Source: Candidatus Spongiisociaceae bacterium
GTDB lineage: Bacteria; Actinomycetota; Acidimicrobiia; Spongiisociales; Spongiisociaceae
NCBI GenBank assembly: GCA_965262915.1
Contig: OZ253564.1
Coordinates: 160,001-224,000, forward strand
Reading direction: 5' to 3'
DNA length: 64,000 nt
Part shown: one piece after another, positions 11,045-21,530 of the stretch
Layout: each line of letters opens with the position of its first letter
Position numbering within the stretch: position 1 is the first letter of the stretch
The notes under the pieces: generated by a model
Told to the model about the DNA's origin: nothing
Database searches by the model: none
Seen by the model: only the letters and a program-made list of their open reading frames with translations
Made by a program: the position numbers and the translations under genes

Positions 11045-11256
11045 GTCGCCATTCCGCCTTTGCTGGTCATTGCTGGTCCGGGCCGAGCCAACCGAACTCG
11101 GAGACCGTTGACCAGGCGGTGGCATTGCGCCCCGTCCATTTCGAGCTTACGGCTCATCTCGGTGATGCCGAGCCCGGTGGGGTGATCCACGAGAAGCTCG
11201 AGTGCGCGCAGAGAGTTGACTCCGCTCAACTGTCGCGTTCTCTTTGGTTCCGTCAT
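11041..11256 (-). pseudogene. IclR-type regulator, HTH-only fragment
   Basis: SLRALELLVDHPTGLGITEMSRKLEMDGAQCHRLVNGL resembles an IclR N-terminal HTH; the effector domain is absent. Confidence 0.6.
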
Positions 11257-11345
11257 GTGGTAGCGCCGCGTGTAAACCGTTATCTTACCGGTCGCCCTGT
11301 TGACTGGGCAAAGAGTTTTGACTCTACTCATTCGGGGTGCGATTC

Positions 11346-11612
11346 ATGGATGCTGAACTGGCTGGCTGGCAGTTCTGGATCGATCGCGGCGGCACGTTCA
11401 CCGACATCGTGGCGCGCACGCCGGCAGGTAGCGTGCTCACGCACAAGCTGCTCTCTGACAACCCCAGGCACTACGACGACCCCGCCATAGAGGGCATCCG
11501 ACGGCTGATCTCCACCGATCCCGACGCCGGCCCCGTCGAGGCGGTGCGTATGGGCACCACGGTCGCCACGAACGCACTGCTCGAGAGAGCAGGCGAGCGC
11601 ACGTTGTTCGTA
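11346..11612 (+). pseudogene. 5-oxoprolinase/hydantoinase N-terminal fragment
   Basis: [30 protein letters not shown], paralogous to the gene starting at 26314; cut by IS256 sequence. Confidence 0.85.
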
Positions 11613-12308
11613 CGTCAGGATCTCATCTACGGCCTGATCAAGGTGATCGGCAGCATCAGTGAGTCCAGCTTCGGTGAGGTGGCCGACGACACGGTGGTGC
11701 TGGGCCCACACCTGATCCGGGTCGGGTTGGGCGAATATGGTGCGCACCGTGGTGGCGACCATCGACCCGGAGCTTTTCGGCACCTTGGTCAATAGGTTGG
11801 CCAGGTAATGGGTTCGGCATCGTTGCCACGAAGCACCGGCCATAGTGATCTCTATGGTGTCGACGAGGCCGGTGTGGTCGTCGGAGATCACCAGCTGCAC
11901 TCCAGAGAGTCCACGGGCGACCAGGGACGGAAGAAGGCGAGCCAGCCGCGCCGTCCTCTGTGGTGGCCAGGTCGAGTCCGAGGATCTCACGGTGGCCCTC
12001 TGAGTTGACGCCCACAGCGAGGAGGCAGGCGATGTTGACGATGCGGCCACGGACCTTCATCGTCAACGCGTCGGCCCACACATAGGTGTACGGGCCGGCA
12101 TCGAGGGGCCGGTCCCGGGAATCAGCGTCCATCTCGTCGAGGTCTTTGGCCATCTCTGAAACGTGGGACTTCGACAACGACGTAACACCGAGCGTCTCCA
12201 CGAGACCCTCCACTCGGCGGGTCGATACCCCACGGACATAGGCTTCGGTAACGACCTGGATGAACGCCCGTTCCGACCGGGTCCGAGCATCGAGGAGCCA
12301 CTCCGGGA
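11611..12308 (-). mobile_element. IS256-family transposase internal fragment (frameshifted)
   Basis: EAYVRGVSTRRV, YVWADA, VGVNSEGHREILG, LVISDDH.GL and WQRCRTH motifs; no ends seen. Confidence 0.88.
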
Positions 12309-12588
12309 CTCACCGTGGAACGAGTCGCACCTCATCTTCGGACGAGACCACTGGGTCTCGGACCAGGAGCGGGTAGAGACGCTCGCCCGGTTGTGCGCAG
12401 ACGGCTACAGCAAGCAGGTCATGATTGCGCACGACCACTGTCTCAAGGTGCACTTCGCCGAGCACGGCGGCAAGGGATGGGTGTACACTCTGACCGAGGT
12501 GGTTCCGATGCTGCGCGAGGCCGGGGTCACCGAAGATCAGTTGAACGATATCCTGGTGGAGAACCCGAAGCGGATCTTCGCCGTCTGA
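12307..12588 (+). pseudogene. PTE-family C-terminal fragment
   Basis: DSPWNESHLIFGRDHWVSDQERVETLARLCADGY..ILVENPKRIFAV, closely similar to 3290-3571. Confidence 0.85.
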
Positions 12589-12596
12589 GGGTTGAG

Positions 12597-12965
12597 ATGA
12601 TGAAGATCGGCGCGGTCATGCTCTACGTCGACGATTTCGACACGGCACTCGAGCTCTATCGCGACACCGTAGGCCTGGATGTTGCCGACATAGACCCCGG
12701 AGCCGGTTACCAGCCGTTGGTCGACTTCGCATTCCTGACGTCGGACCGAGCAGCGCTCGAGATATTCGATCGCGCCACCCACGGCTCCGGCATCACGGAC
12801 GATGAGGCAGGGCGGGTGCACATCGGGCTGGAAGTGGCCGATCTGGCAACGGAAAGGGACCGCCTCGACGCGATGGGCGCTACCGAGACCCGCGACTGGG
12901 GGACGTACTTCGTCCTGTCCGACCCCGAAGGCAACCGGCTACAGGCCTACCAGTTCGCAGGATGA
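12597..12965 (+). CDS. VOC (glyoxalase/bleomycin resistance) family protein
   Basis: LYVDDF.TALELYRDTVGL, HIGLEVAD and DWG..F.LSDPEGNRLQ. Confidence 0.85.
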   Translation: MMKIGAVMLYVDDFDTALELYRDTVGLDVADIDPGAGYQPLVDFAFLTSDRAALEIFDRATHGSGITDDEAGRVHIGLEVADLATERDRLDAMGATETRDWGTYFVLSDPEGNRLQAYQFAG

Positions 12966-14203
12966 TCGACCTCACCGACGCCGGCGTAGTCGATTTCCAT
13001 GCCCACATGTCGCTCCAGATCGGTGTGGGCGAGCTGATCCGGCGCGACGTGACCACGCAACTGAACCTCTTCCACGGCACGCCGGGCACGTCATATCGCT
13101 GGGACGATCTTGAACCGGCCCCCGACTACGAGCGCGGCATGGCGCAATGGGCCCACCCGCTCAACTCGCAGTACCGCATGCTGATCAGGTACGTGGCCGG
13201 GGCCCTGGGATGCGAGCCCGATGTCGTGGAGATCGACGAAACGCTCTCTGCCACGATGGAGCAGGGCTTCAGCATGTATCTGGAATCGGTGCTCGACCGG
13301 GAGCGTATCGACCTCGTCGTGCTCGACCTGCTCGGCGAGTTGCGTGACGGGGCCGCCGGATTCCCGGACGACCGTTATGTGTGGATCTACGGAATCACCC
13401 CGTTGCTCTCTCCACTTGCCGTGATCGAGAGCGGCATCACTTCGCTCGACGACGCCATCAGGTGGGTCGACGAGTCGATCGACAGTGCCGTGGCGCAAGG
13501 GTGCGTCGGGTTCAAGAACCTGATGGGCTACTACCGCGCGCTCGACGTCTCGAGGCCCACCGCCGATGAAGCCGCTTCCGGGCTGCGCCAGGTAGCGGCG
13601 ACGCCCCCGGCCGACGTGAAAGAGTCGTTCCTGTACGGGCGTGTCGGGATCTACGACGAGGCGGCCGGGCGCGCGGCGCGGGCATACGAGGACTTCGTGA
13701 TCCGCCACATCGTCGCCCGCGCCGGCGATCTCGGCCTGCTGCAGCTGATTCACACCGGGGCCCAGTACTCGCCCAACCAGAACCTGCACGCCGCGGATCC
13801 GGCACGCTTGTTCTCCCTTTTCTCGGACCCGGCTTCGAACGGAACGACGTTCGTCATGCTCCATGCCGGGGCGCCGTACCACGAGAACGCCGCCTACATG
13901 GCCTGGCAGTTTCCCAACGTGTACGTCGACCTGTCCCACACGATGCGGATACCGGGGCGCCTCAATTCGATTCTGAGCACCATTCTGTCCATAGCTCCTG
14001 CGCACAAGGTGCTCTACGGCAGCGATTCCTACGCATCGGCCGAATGGCTCGGCTACAGCGCACACCGGATGCGGAAACATCTGGCACTCGTGCTGAGCGA
14101 TCTCTCTGCCGACCTGGAGTGGACCGAGGCGGAGGCCGAACAAGCCGGCCGGATGGTGCTCGGAGACAACGCCAGGGCCATACTGCCCGGTGTCGCTCGG
14201 TGA
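12962..14203 (+). CDS. Amidohydrolase family protein (FluG N-terminal-like)
   Basis: VVDFHAH, GFKNLMGY, IHTG, MLH..PY, NVYVDLS and KVLYGSD. Confidence 0.8.
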   Translation: MIDLTDAGVVDFHAHMSLQIGVGELIRRDVTTQLNLFHGTPGTSYRWDDLEPAPDYERGMAQWAHPLNSQYRMLIRYVAGALGCEPDVVEIDETLSATMEQGFSMYLESVLDRERIDLVVLDLLGELRDGAAGFPDDRYVWIYGITPLLSPLAVIESGITSLDDAIRWVDESIDSAVAQGCVGFKNLMGYYRALDVSRPTADEAASGLRQVAATPPADVKESFLYGRVGIYDEAAGRAARAYEDFVIRHIVARAGDLGLLQLIHTGAQYSPNQNLHAADPARLFSLFSDPASNGTTFVMLHAGAPYHENAAYMAWQFPNVYVDLSHTMRIPGRLNSILSTILSIAPAHKVLYGSDSYASAEWLGYSAHRMRKHLALVLSDLSADLEWTEAEAEQAGRMVLGDNARAILPGVAR

Positions 14204-14282
14204 GCGACCAGGCCCATTTCCAGGCATGTCAACGGATTTGACTCACTACTAAGGTCGGAGCCGAGCATCAGGGAGCTCGGGG

Positions 14283-14965
14283 ATGGTCCGCGAGTTCAGC
14301 GAGGAGCAGATAAAGCAGTATCGGGAAGACGGGTTTCTCATCGTCGAGAACCTGATGTCGAGAGAGGTGGCCGCGACACTCGCAGAGCGCTTCGAGCACA
14401 TCTTCGACGGACATCACGACCTCGTGAACTGGCCGGACCAGGTCTACTGGCAGAAGGGGCGTGATCCCGAAGATGCTCACCGCGTGCTGGCAGGTCTCTA
14501 GCGGGCAGACTCGGTCATTGCCAGGGAGACCTTCTCCGGTGACTTCGGGCGGCTGGCCTGCCAGCTCGAAGGAGCGTCCTCCGCTCGGCTGTGGGCGGAC
14601 GTCGCGATGTACAAGCCGGAGGGCGGTAAGCCGTTCGACATCCACCAGGACGCGGCATATATGGGCTGGGTGCAGCCGGTATGGAACTGGACCTGCTGGA
14701 TCGCGCTCGACGACACCTATGCCGATGGGGGAACCCTCGTATACGTCAGGGGGAGCCACAAGTGGGGCCCGCAACCGACGCCGGGGACTCAGATCATCGC
14801 CAAGGACATGGACAGTTGGACCGACTACGTCGGGCAGTTTGCGCCCGAAGGCGAGGAGGTCGAGTTGGTTCCCCTGGTATTCGGGGCGGGGTCGGCGGCC
14901 TTCCACACGGGCTGGATCTGGCATGGAAGCGGGCCGAACACGCGTCCCGGCAACATCCGGCGGAA
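14283..14965 (+). pseudogene. PhyH-family dioxygenase with in-frame TAG (14499-14501), C-terminus replaced
   Basis: QYREDGFLIV, HQD, TCWIALDD, GSHKW and WHGSGPN..R in one frame across the TAG. Confidence 0.85.
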
Positions 14966-14967
14966 AG

Positions 14968-15306
14968 CTGACCGGCAAATACCGCCGGAACGAGCCCCCC
15001 CGAAAAGGAACCCGTTTGGCCGTGCTCCATCGAGCGAACCGGTTCCTCAACGACGCGAACACCCAGATCGTGGAAGAACTGCGGCGCTTCTGTTCGGAGC
15101 GCGACCACACGGTGCTGGACCTCGCCATCTCCTGGCTCGTCACCCAACCGGTCGTTGCCACGGTCATCGCGGGGGCCACCACTGCCGAGCAGATTCGGAG
15201 CAATGCCATGGCAGGGTCGTGGAAGCTGACTGCGGCCGATCTCGCCGATATCGATCGGATCACGAGATCCGGGCACGACGGTCGATTGCCGCGAATCCGC
15301 CAGTGA
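14968..15306 (+). pseudogene. Aldo/keto reductase C-terminal fragment
   Basis: LTGKYRR..LAISWL..VIAGATTAEQI.SN; abuts the PhyH fragment directly. Confidence 0.8.
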
Positions 15307-15340
15307 ATCCTGCGTAGCCTTTACTTCCCGAGGGTTTGGG

Positions 15341-15676
15341 CGACGACACGGTGGTGCTGGGCCCACACCTGATCCGGGTCGGGTTGGGCGAATATGGTGC
15401 GCACCGTGGTGGCGACCATCGACCCGGAGCTTTTCGGCACCTTGGTCAATAGGTTGGCCAGGTAATGGGTTCGGCATCGTTGCCACGAAGCACCGGCCAT
15501 AGTGATCTCTATGGTGTCGACGAGGCCGGTGTGGTCGTCGGAGATCACCAGCTGCACTCCAGAGAGTCCACGGGCGACCAGGGACGGAAGAAGGCGAGCC
15601 AGCCGCGCCGTCCTCTGTGGTGGCCAGGTCGAGTCCGAGGATCTCACGGTGGCCCTCTGAGTTGACGCCCACAGCG
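15341..15676 (-). mobile_element. IS256 transposase fragment, 336-bp copy of 11684-12019
   Basis: Direct sequence identity at offset 3657. Confidence 0.92.
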
Positions 15677-16321
15677 TACACCACGTCCGTGGACGCAACT
15701 CTGATTCTCTTCGAGCCGCCGTATCCACATGTCACGCCATCGATCTCCTACGACACGAGGATCCGGCGGTCGAGCATTGAAGGCAAGCATGCTTGTGGAC
15801 CACCACAACATGTCCGATGCGAGGACGCAACCGCCCATGTAATGGACGTCGTCGGCGTAACGATCATCTGTCGAACACACACTGATGATGGCCTTTAGCG
15901 CGGGAGGTCTCAACGCTGCTACCTGGAGACTGTTGAAACCACCCCAGGAGATGCCGAACATCCCGACACTGCCCGAGCACCAAGGTTGCTTCGCGAGCTA
16001 ATCGATTACCTCTGTGGCATCCGCCTGTTCCTGGGGGAGGTATTCGTCCTCGAGAATGCCGTCGGAATTACCGCTCCCTCTCATGTCCACGCGTACTGCT
16101 GCGTAGCCATGGCCGGCAAGGTAGGGGTGACGGATCGAGTCCATCTCAATCGTCCAGTCATCCTTCCGATACGGAAGGTATTCCAAGATGGCAGGAACCG
16201 GAACCGTGGCAGCACTGGTCGGTAGCCAAATCGTCGCACTCACGCGAATCCCGTCAGACAGCGGTATCCATACATCCTTGAGAACTCGTACCTCGTGCGG
16301 GAATCCCCTTACGATTCTCAC
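15677..16321 (-). pseudogene. CocE/NonD hydrolase N-terminal part, in-frame TAG at 15998-16000, truncated by IS256 fragment
   Basis: WIPLSDG, EYLPYRK, VDMRGSGNSDG and the nucleophile motif GISWGG. Confidence 0.88.
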
Positions 16322-16328
16322 CCGGCTC

Positions 16329-18779
16329 CTATCGACGCGTGGCCCGCGACGTTGACCCGGTGCCGCCGGTTCGCATCGCCGTGCCGTTCGGGTCGTAGGG
16401 TGAGGGGGCGATTACCCGCACACGGCGTTGGACCCCGACGATGTGGGTTGTGAGTTCGGTTCCTTCTGCGGTGTGCTCCCGGTCGATGAGGGCCATGGCG
16501 AGGCTCTTGCCGGTGGTATGGCCGTAGTCGCCCGAGGTGATGTAGCCGACCCTTCGGTCGCCGTTCCACACCGGCTCGTACCCGGTGGCGTCCGCATCGG
16601 TGGCTTCCACTTCGAGGGTGACCAGCCTCCTTGTGGCGCTGTCGTTGTCCCGCTCCTTGCGGGCCGCCCCGGAGCCGATGAAGTCGTCCTTGGACCAGTC
16701 GATCCATCGGTCCATTCCGGTCATGGCCGGGGTGTACTCCTGGCGGAACTCAGTCGACCAGACGCCGAAGCTCTTCTCGATCCGGAGCGAGAGCAGCGCG
16801 TTGTAGCCGTACTCGATCGCATCGAGACCGTCGGCGGCCTCGAGAAGGAGGCGGCGCAGGGCGATGTGCTCGGCGGCCGAGCAGTGGATCTCATACCCGA
16901 GCTCTCCGGTGACCGAGATCCGACCCACCCGGGCGCGGATCATGCCGACGTCGAGCTCACGACACCTCATGAAACGCATCCCCTCCGCCGAGACGTCATC
17001 CGACGTGACCCGTCGCAACAGCTCACGAGAACACGGCCCCGAAAGCAAAAAGCCAACAACTGCATCGGAGATGTCACGCACCGTCACCCCGCCGCTGAGG
17101 TGGTCGTTGAACCAGCGCATGTGCCAGGCCCGCAGGTAATACGAGCCCACGATCCACCACGTGCCATCCCCCCAGTTGAACAACGTCAAGTCTCCTTTGA
17201 GCCGGCCGTCGTGGCCCAACATCGGGGCAAGCTTGATCCGCCCCGGTGCGGGCAACGCGCTGGCAAAGAGCCGATCGAGCCACGCCGCGGCGTCGGGACC
17301 GGTGACCTCGTACCGGGAGAACCCGGCAATATCGAGGATCCCCACACCGGAACGCACCTGGCGGCACTCTTCGCCGACGATGTCAAACGCGTTGGAGCGG
17401 CGCAACGTCGGCACCTCCACGAAGCCCTCGGGGGCGAAGTAGATCGAGACCTCGAGACCATACGAGCACCCCCACTGCGCCCCCGCCGCGGTCATCGCAT
17501 CGTACGCCGGGGCCATCCGCAGCGGCCGGCCCGCCCACAACTGCTCGTTCGGGTAGGTGATCACAAACCGACGCGAATAGAACTGCCCGGTCATCTGGCG
17601 GATGTACTCACGGTTCTGGGCGAAGGACCCGAAACCGGCCACGTCCATCGCAAAGATATCCTCCTCCGGCTCCCCCTCGATCATCCACTCCGCCAGCGAC
17701 CTGCCCACGCCGCCACCCTGGAGGAAACCGGCCATCACCGCACACGCCGACCAGTAGTTGCGCAACCCAGGCACCGGACCCACCAGCGGGTTGCCGTCCG
17801 GTGAGAACGTGAACGCCCCGTTCACCCAGCGGCTGATACCGGTGTGCTCGAGGACCGGGTAGCGGGACATCGCAAACGACAGCTCACTCGAGATCCGATC
17901 CACGTCCGGTGGGATCAACTCCAGGCCGTAATCCCACGGCGCACCATCCATGTTCCAATGCCGGTAATCGCGCTCATAGACCCCGACCAACACCCCCTAG
18001 AGCTCCTGACGCAAATAGGTATACCCCTCCAAGTCGATCATCATCGGCACCTCGAAGTCGAGCGCCGCGATCTCGGGGATCGTCTCGGTAACCAAATAGT
18101 GATGCTGCATCGGCGAGACAGCAAGCTCCACCCCCGCCATCCGTCCCACCTGCTTGGCCCACAACCCGGCGGCGTTCACAACGTGCTCCGCGACGATGGT
18201 TCCCAGCTCGGTCACCACCTCCCACGACCCGTCACGGCGTGGGTGCAGCTCGACCACCCGGTTGTGTTCGATCACCTCGCCACCCCGCAACCGGGCAGCC
18301 TTGGCGTAGGCATGGACCACCGCCGACGGATCGATATAGCCCTCACGATCCGCCCACAGACCCCCAAGCACATCAGCGACGTTCATGATCGGACACCACT
18401 GCTCGATCTCATCCGGGTCGATCAGCCGCACGTCCTCGATACCCATCGTCTGGAACACCCGATACGCCGCCTGCAACCACTCCCACCTCTCCGGCACCGA
18501 AGCCACCGAGATGCCACCTGTCATATGCATCCCCACGTCGAGGCCCGACTCCTCCCCGATCTCCGATAGCAGATCGATCGTGTACGCCTGCAGAGCCGCA
18601 ATATTCGGATCAGCGTTGAGAGCATGCACAGCGCCGGCGGCGTGCCAACTCGACCCAGCCGTCAACACCTCACGCTCCACAATCGCCACGTCGCTCCAAC
18701 CCAGCTTCGCCAAGTGATACAGCACACTGGCGCCGACCACGCCGCCCCCGATCACCACCACCCGGTACTGCGACTTCAC
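16329..18779 (-). pseudogene. FAD-dependent oxidoreductase with GcvT domains (dimethylglycine dehydrogenase-like), in-frame TAG at 17997-17999
   Basis: VVIGGGVVG, TAGSSWHAAG, FTFSPDGNPLVGP, RISVTGELGYEI and SLRIEK; the partial copy has CAG at the stop position. Confidence 0.9.
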
Positions 18780-19018
18780 GATCCCTGCAGTCCTGGCTTC
18801 ACGTCGAGGACAGCACCCGTGGCTTCCTGGAGGACGGTTGAGCCCGCCACCATGGTGAGCGCGATCCAGCCGTTCGCTTTCTCAGCCAGAAAGAGGCGGT
18901 AGCACTCGTTCGGCATACCGTCTTCGGAATAGAAGTGCTCATGCGCCGTCGACATCATCCGGTTGCGGAGCGGCAAGTTCTTCAACGCGGGTCTGAGCAG
19001 CGGGTCGCGAAACGACAT
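18776..19018 (-). pseudogene. NADH:flavin oxidoreductase (DgcA/N-methylproline demethylase-like) N-terminal remnant
   Basis: DPLL.P..K...LRNRMMSTAHE..YSEDGMP...Y......KA..IALTM.AGS matches the family N-terminus; only about 80 aa remain. Confidence 0.7.
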
Positions 19019-19026
19019 GGCGCGCA

Positions 19027-19629
19027 TCACCTGAGCGGCAAACGCGTGTAGCGGTCCGGGCTCTCCGGATGATGGAAATGGCTCATCGGCCCGTTATCCA
19101 CAAAATGCTTGTGCCAGCGCGCCATCGACCCGGGATCGAGCTTGACGCCGAGGCCGGGGCCTTCGGGAACGCGGACGGTGTTGTTGGTCTGGCGGAAGGG
19201 TCCGCCATCGATGACGTCCCCGATCTGCCAGCGGAACAACGACTGCGACGGCTCGGTGATCCAGTGCGTCGCAGCCGTCAGATGTAGATAGGCCGCGGTC
19301 ATGATGCCGAGGTCATTTGAGTAGCACCAGAAGCCTTTGCCCATCGCCTCGCAAGCGGCGACGAATTTGAGCGTCGCCGTGATACCGCCGAGTGCCGCGA
19401 TGTTGCAGACAAAGGTATCGGGCGCCCCCAGTGCGACGGCGCGGCGCAAATCCGGCACATGGGTGGAGAAGGGGATCATCGTATGGCGGCGCAACTCCGC
19501 CATCTCCTCAAACGTTGCGACCGGGTCCTCGTAGTTGCGGATGTTGAACGCCTCGATCTCGCTCAACACCCAGCGGGCGGTGGTCAGCGACCATTGCATG
19601 TTCGAGTCGAGACGGATCATGGCGTCCGG
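19027..19629 (-). pseudogene. Mandelate racemase/muconate lactonizing enzyme family, C-terminal fragment
   Basis: IRLDSN..WS, YEDP and VPEGPGLGVKLD; the N-terminal capping domain is missing. Confidence 0.75.
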
Positions 19630-19704
19630 CGAATACATAATCGGTCTTCCCATACTCCATTATCTCCCAACTAATAGAGTCTCCGGGAAACCCGGGGCGA
19701 TTCA
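19627..19704 (-). mobile_element. IS3-family (IS6110/IS51-like) left-end remnant with orfA start
   Basis: Minus strand reads TGAATCGCCCCGGGTTTCCCGGAGACTC, then GGAG RBS and MGRPIMYSP. Confidence 0.7.
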
Positions 19705-21135
19705 CTTCGCGAATGGGTGGGGAGTAGGGGATCTGCCAGGGGGGATCGGAATCCACCAGAAGTGAGGAGGGGTCCTCCATAATCGGCTGTTGATAAGCGA
19801 CATCCGAGGCAGGAGGACCCCTGTGGAAGCTGATCCCTGCGCGCATGTGCGAGAAGTTGGTAGGCCTAGGCGACGTTGACCTGGTAGGGATCAACGACTC
19901 GGGCGAGGGTGCACCGCTTGGGGTGGTGATCGGGTCTCGCAAGCCCCGGCCGTCCTGTGAGGCCTGTGGTGGCCCGGTGTGGTCCAAGGGTGAGCGGACG
20001 GTGGTGTTATTTACCGGCGTTCGGCCGTCCGGTTCGGCTGCGGTGGCGGAAACGCCGTTGGACATGCCCGAACACCGACTGTGCGCTCAGATCGTTCATC
20101 GAGCAAGACCCCACGATTGGTCCCCAACGGGCGTTGTTGACATCCCGAGCGGCGAGGTGGGTGACCATCGGGGTGGGTGGGCGGGGTCGCCCGGTCGACG
20201 AGGTCGCCGCAGAGCTTGGTTGTGGGTGGCATACGGTGAACAACGAGGTCGGCCGCTGGGGCGAAGCCCTCCTGGGGGCCGACACCGACCGGATAGGCGA
20301 GGTCCAAGCTGTGGGCATCGACAAGAATCGTTGTTCTGGCGGAAAGGCCGGTGGCGAACCAAGCAGTGGTGCACCTCTGTCGTCGACGTGGGAGGCCACC
20401 AGCCGGTTCGACATAGTCGGTGGTAGAACGGCAGAAAGCGCCGCAGCCTGGTTCCGGGCGCAGCCCACCGAATGGTGTGAGGCTATCCGCTGGGCGGTGT
20501 CGGGTCATGTCCGGTTCGTATCGGAAGGCGTATGACAGGGTGCTGCCCCACGCCCCCGGGGTAGCGGACCCGTTCGGTGTCAGCCGCCTCGCCAACCAGC
20601 GTCTCGACGACCTACGACGAAGAGTCCAAAACGAAACCCTGGGACACAGAGGCCGCAAGGATGACCCGCTGTATCGGATACGCCGCCTCCTCACCGCCGC
20701 GCATGAGAGGATCAGCGACCGCGGTCAAACACGGCTGCGTGGCCTCCTCGATGCCGGTGACCCCCACGGGGAGGTACGCACAGCCTGGCACGCAACCGAA
20801 ACGGTACGGGGCATCTACGGGATCGAAAGTCCGGTCCTTGCTCTCCGATACACCCTCCAGCTCGCAGACGACCTCCAGGACGAATCCTGCCCACCCGAGA
20901 TCAACAAGCTCGGACGTACCATCGCCCGCTGGACCCCCCAGATCACCAACTGGCACATCTCGAAGGTAACCAACAGACGCCACCGAAGCCCTCAACAACC
21001 TAATCAAACGCATCAAACGAGCAGCGTTCGGGTTACCCAACTTCGCGAACTACCGAATCCGCGCCCTTCTCTACGCCGGGAAACCCAACTGGGACCTCCT
21101 CGCGACCGTCACTCCCCACTGAAACGCGATGAGCC
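19705..21135 (+). mobile_element. Second ISL3 copy, diverged and degenerate; first 4 bp of left IR lost
   Basis: Colinear with 4745-6178; right end ...ACTCCCCACTGAAACGCGATGAGCC; multiple frameshifts; no matching target duplication. Confidence 0.92.
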
Positions 21136-21442
21136 CGAAAAGCTCGCTCTGCATGACGACATGCTCTTGGTCGCAACTGATCAGGGCTCGGTGGTCGGAA
21201 CGGCGATGGCCGGGTATGACGGCCATCGAGGCTGGCTCTACCGGGTAGCGGTATCACCCGAGCACCGTCGGCGAGGCATCGGCACGGCTCTGGTTCGCCA
21301 TGCCGTCGGCTCGCTGCACAAGCTGGGATGCGTCAAGGTCAACCTTCAGATACGGGCGGATAACCGCGCGGTCAGCAGCTTCTACGAATCACTCGGCTTC
21401 GCGGTCGAGGAGCGCGTCAGCATGGGCATGCGTATTCGCTGA
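21136..21442 (+). pseudogene. GNAT acetyltransferase (YpeA-like), N-terminus removed by ISL3
   Basis: VVGTAMAGYDGHRGWLY.VAV.PEHRRRGIG..KVNLQIR..N..FYESLGF..EERVSMG. Confidence 0.85.
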
Positions 21443-21530
21443 ACTATCGAGATCCACCAGCACCGGCTCGGTAGTACATCGCATCCGGCAAGGTGACCAT
21501 GCTCGCGTCCAAGGAACCGCGCGGGAAGGG

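Noticed and set aside
12315-12965. 216-aa VOC protein with an N-terminal extension
   Set aside because: The extension overlaps the PTE fragment in another frame; the real start is 12597.
9011-17999. Genome-wide TAG reassignment
   Set aside because: TAG terminates intact genes normally (rpsI, rpsD, map, vapC, SDR at 39760).
20420-21442. Transposase-GNAT fusion protein
   Set aside because: The frame arises from a transposase frameshift running through the right IR into a truncated GNAT gene.
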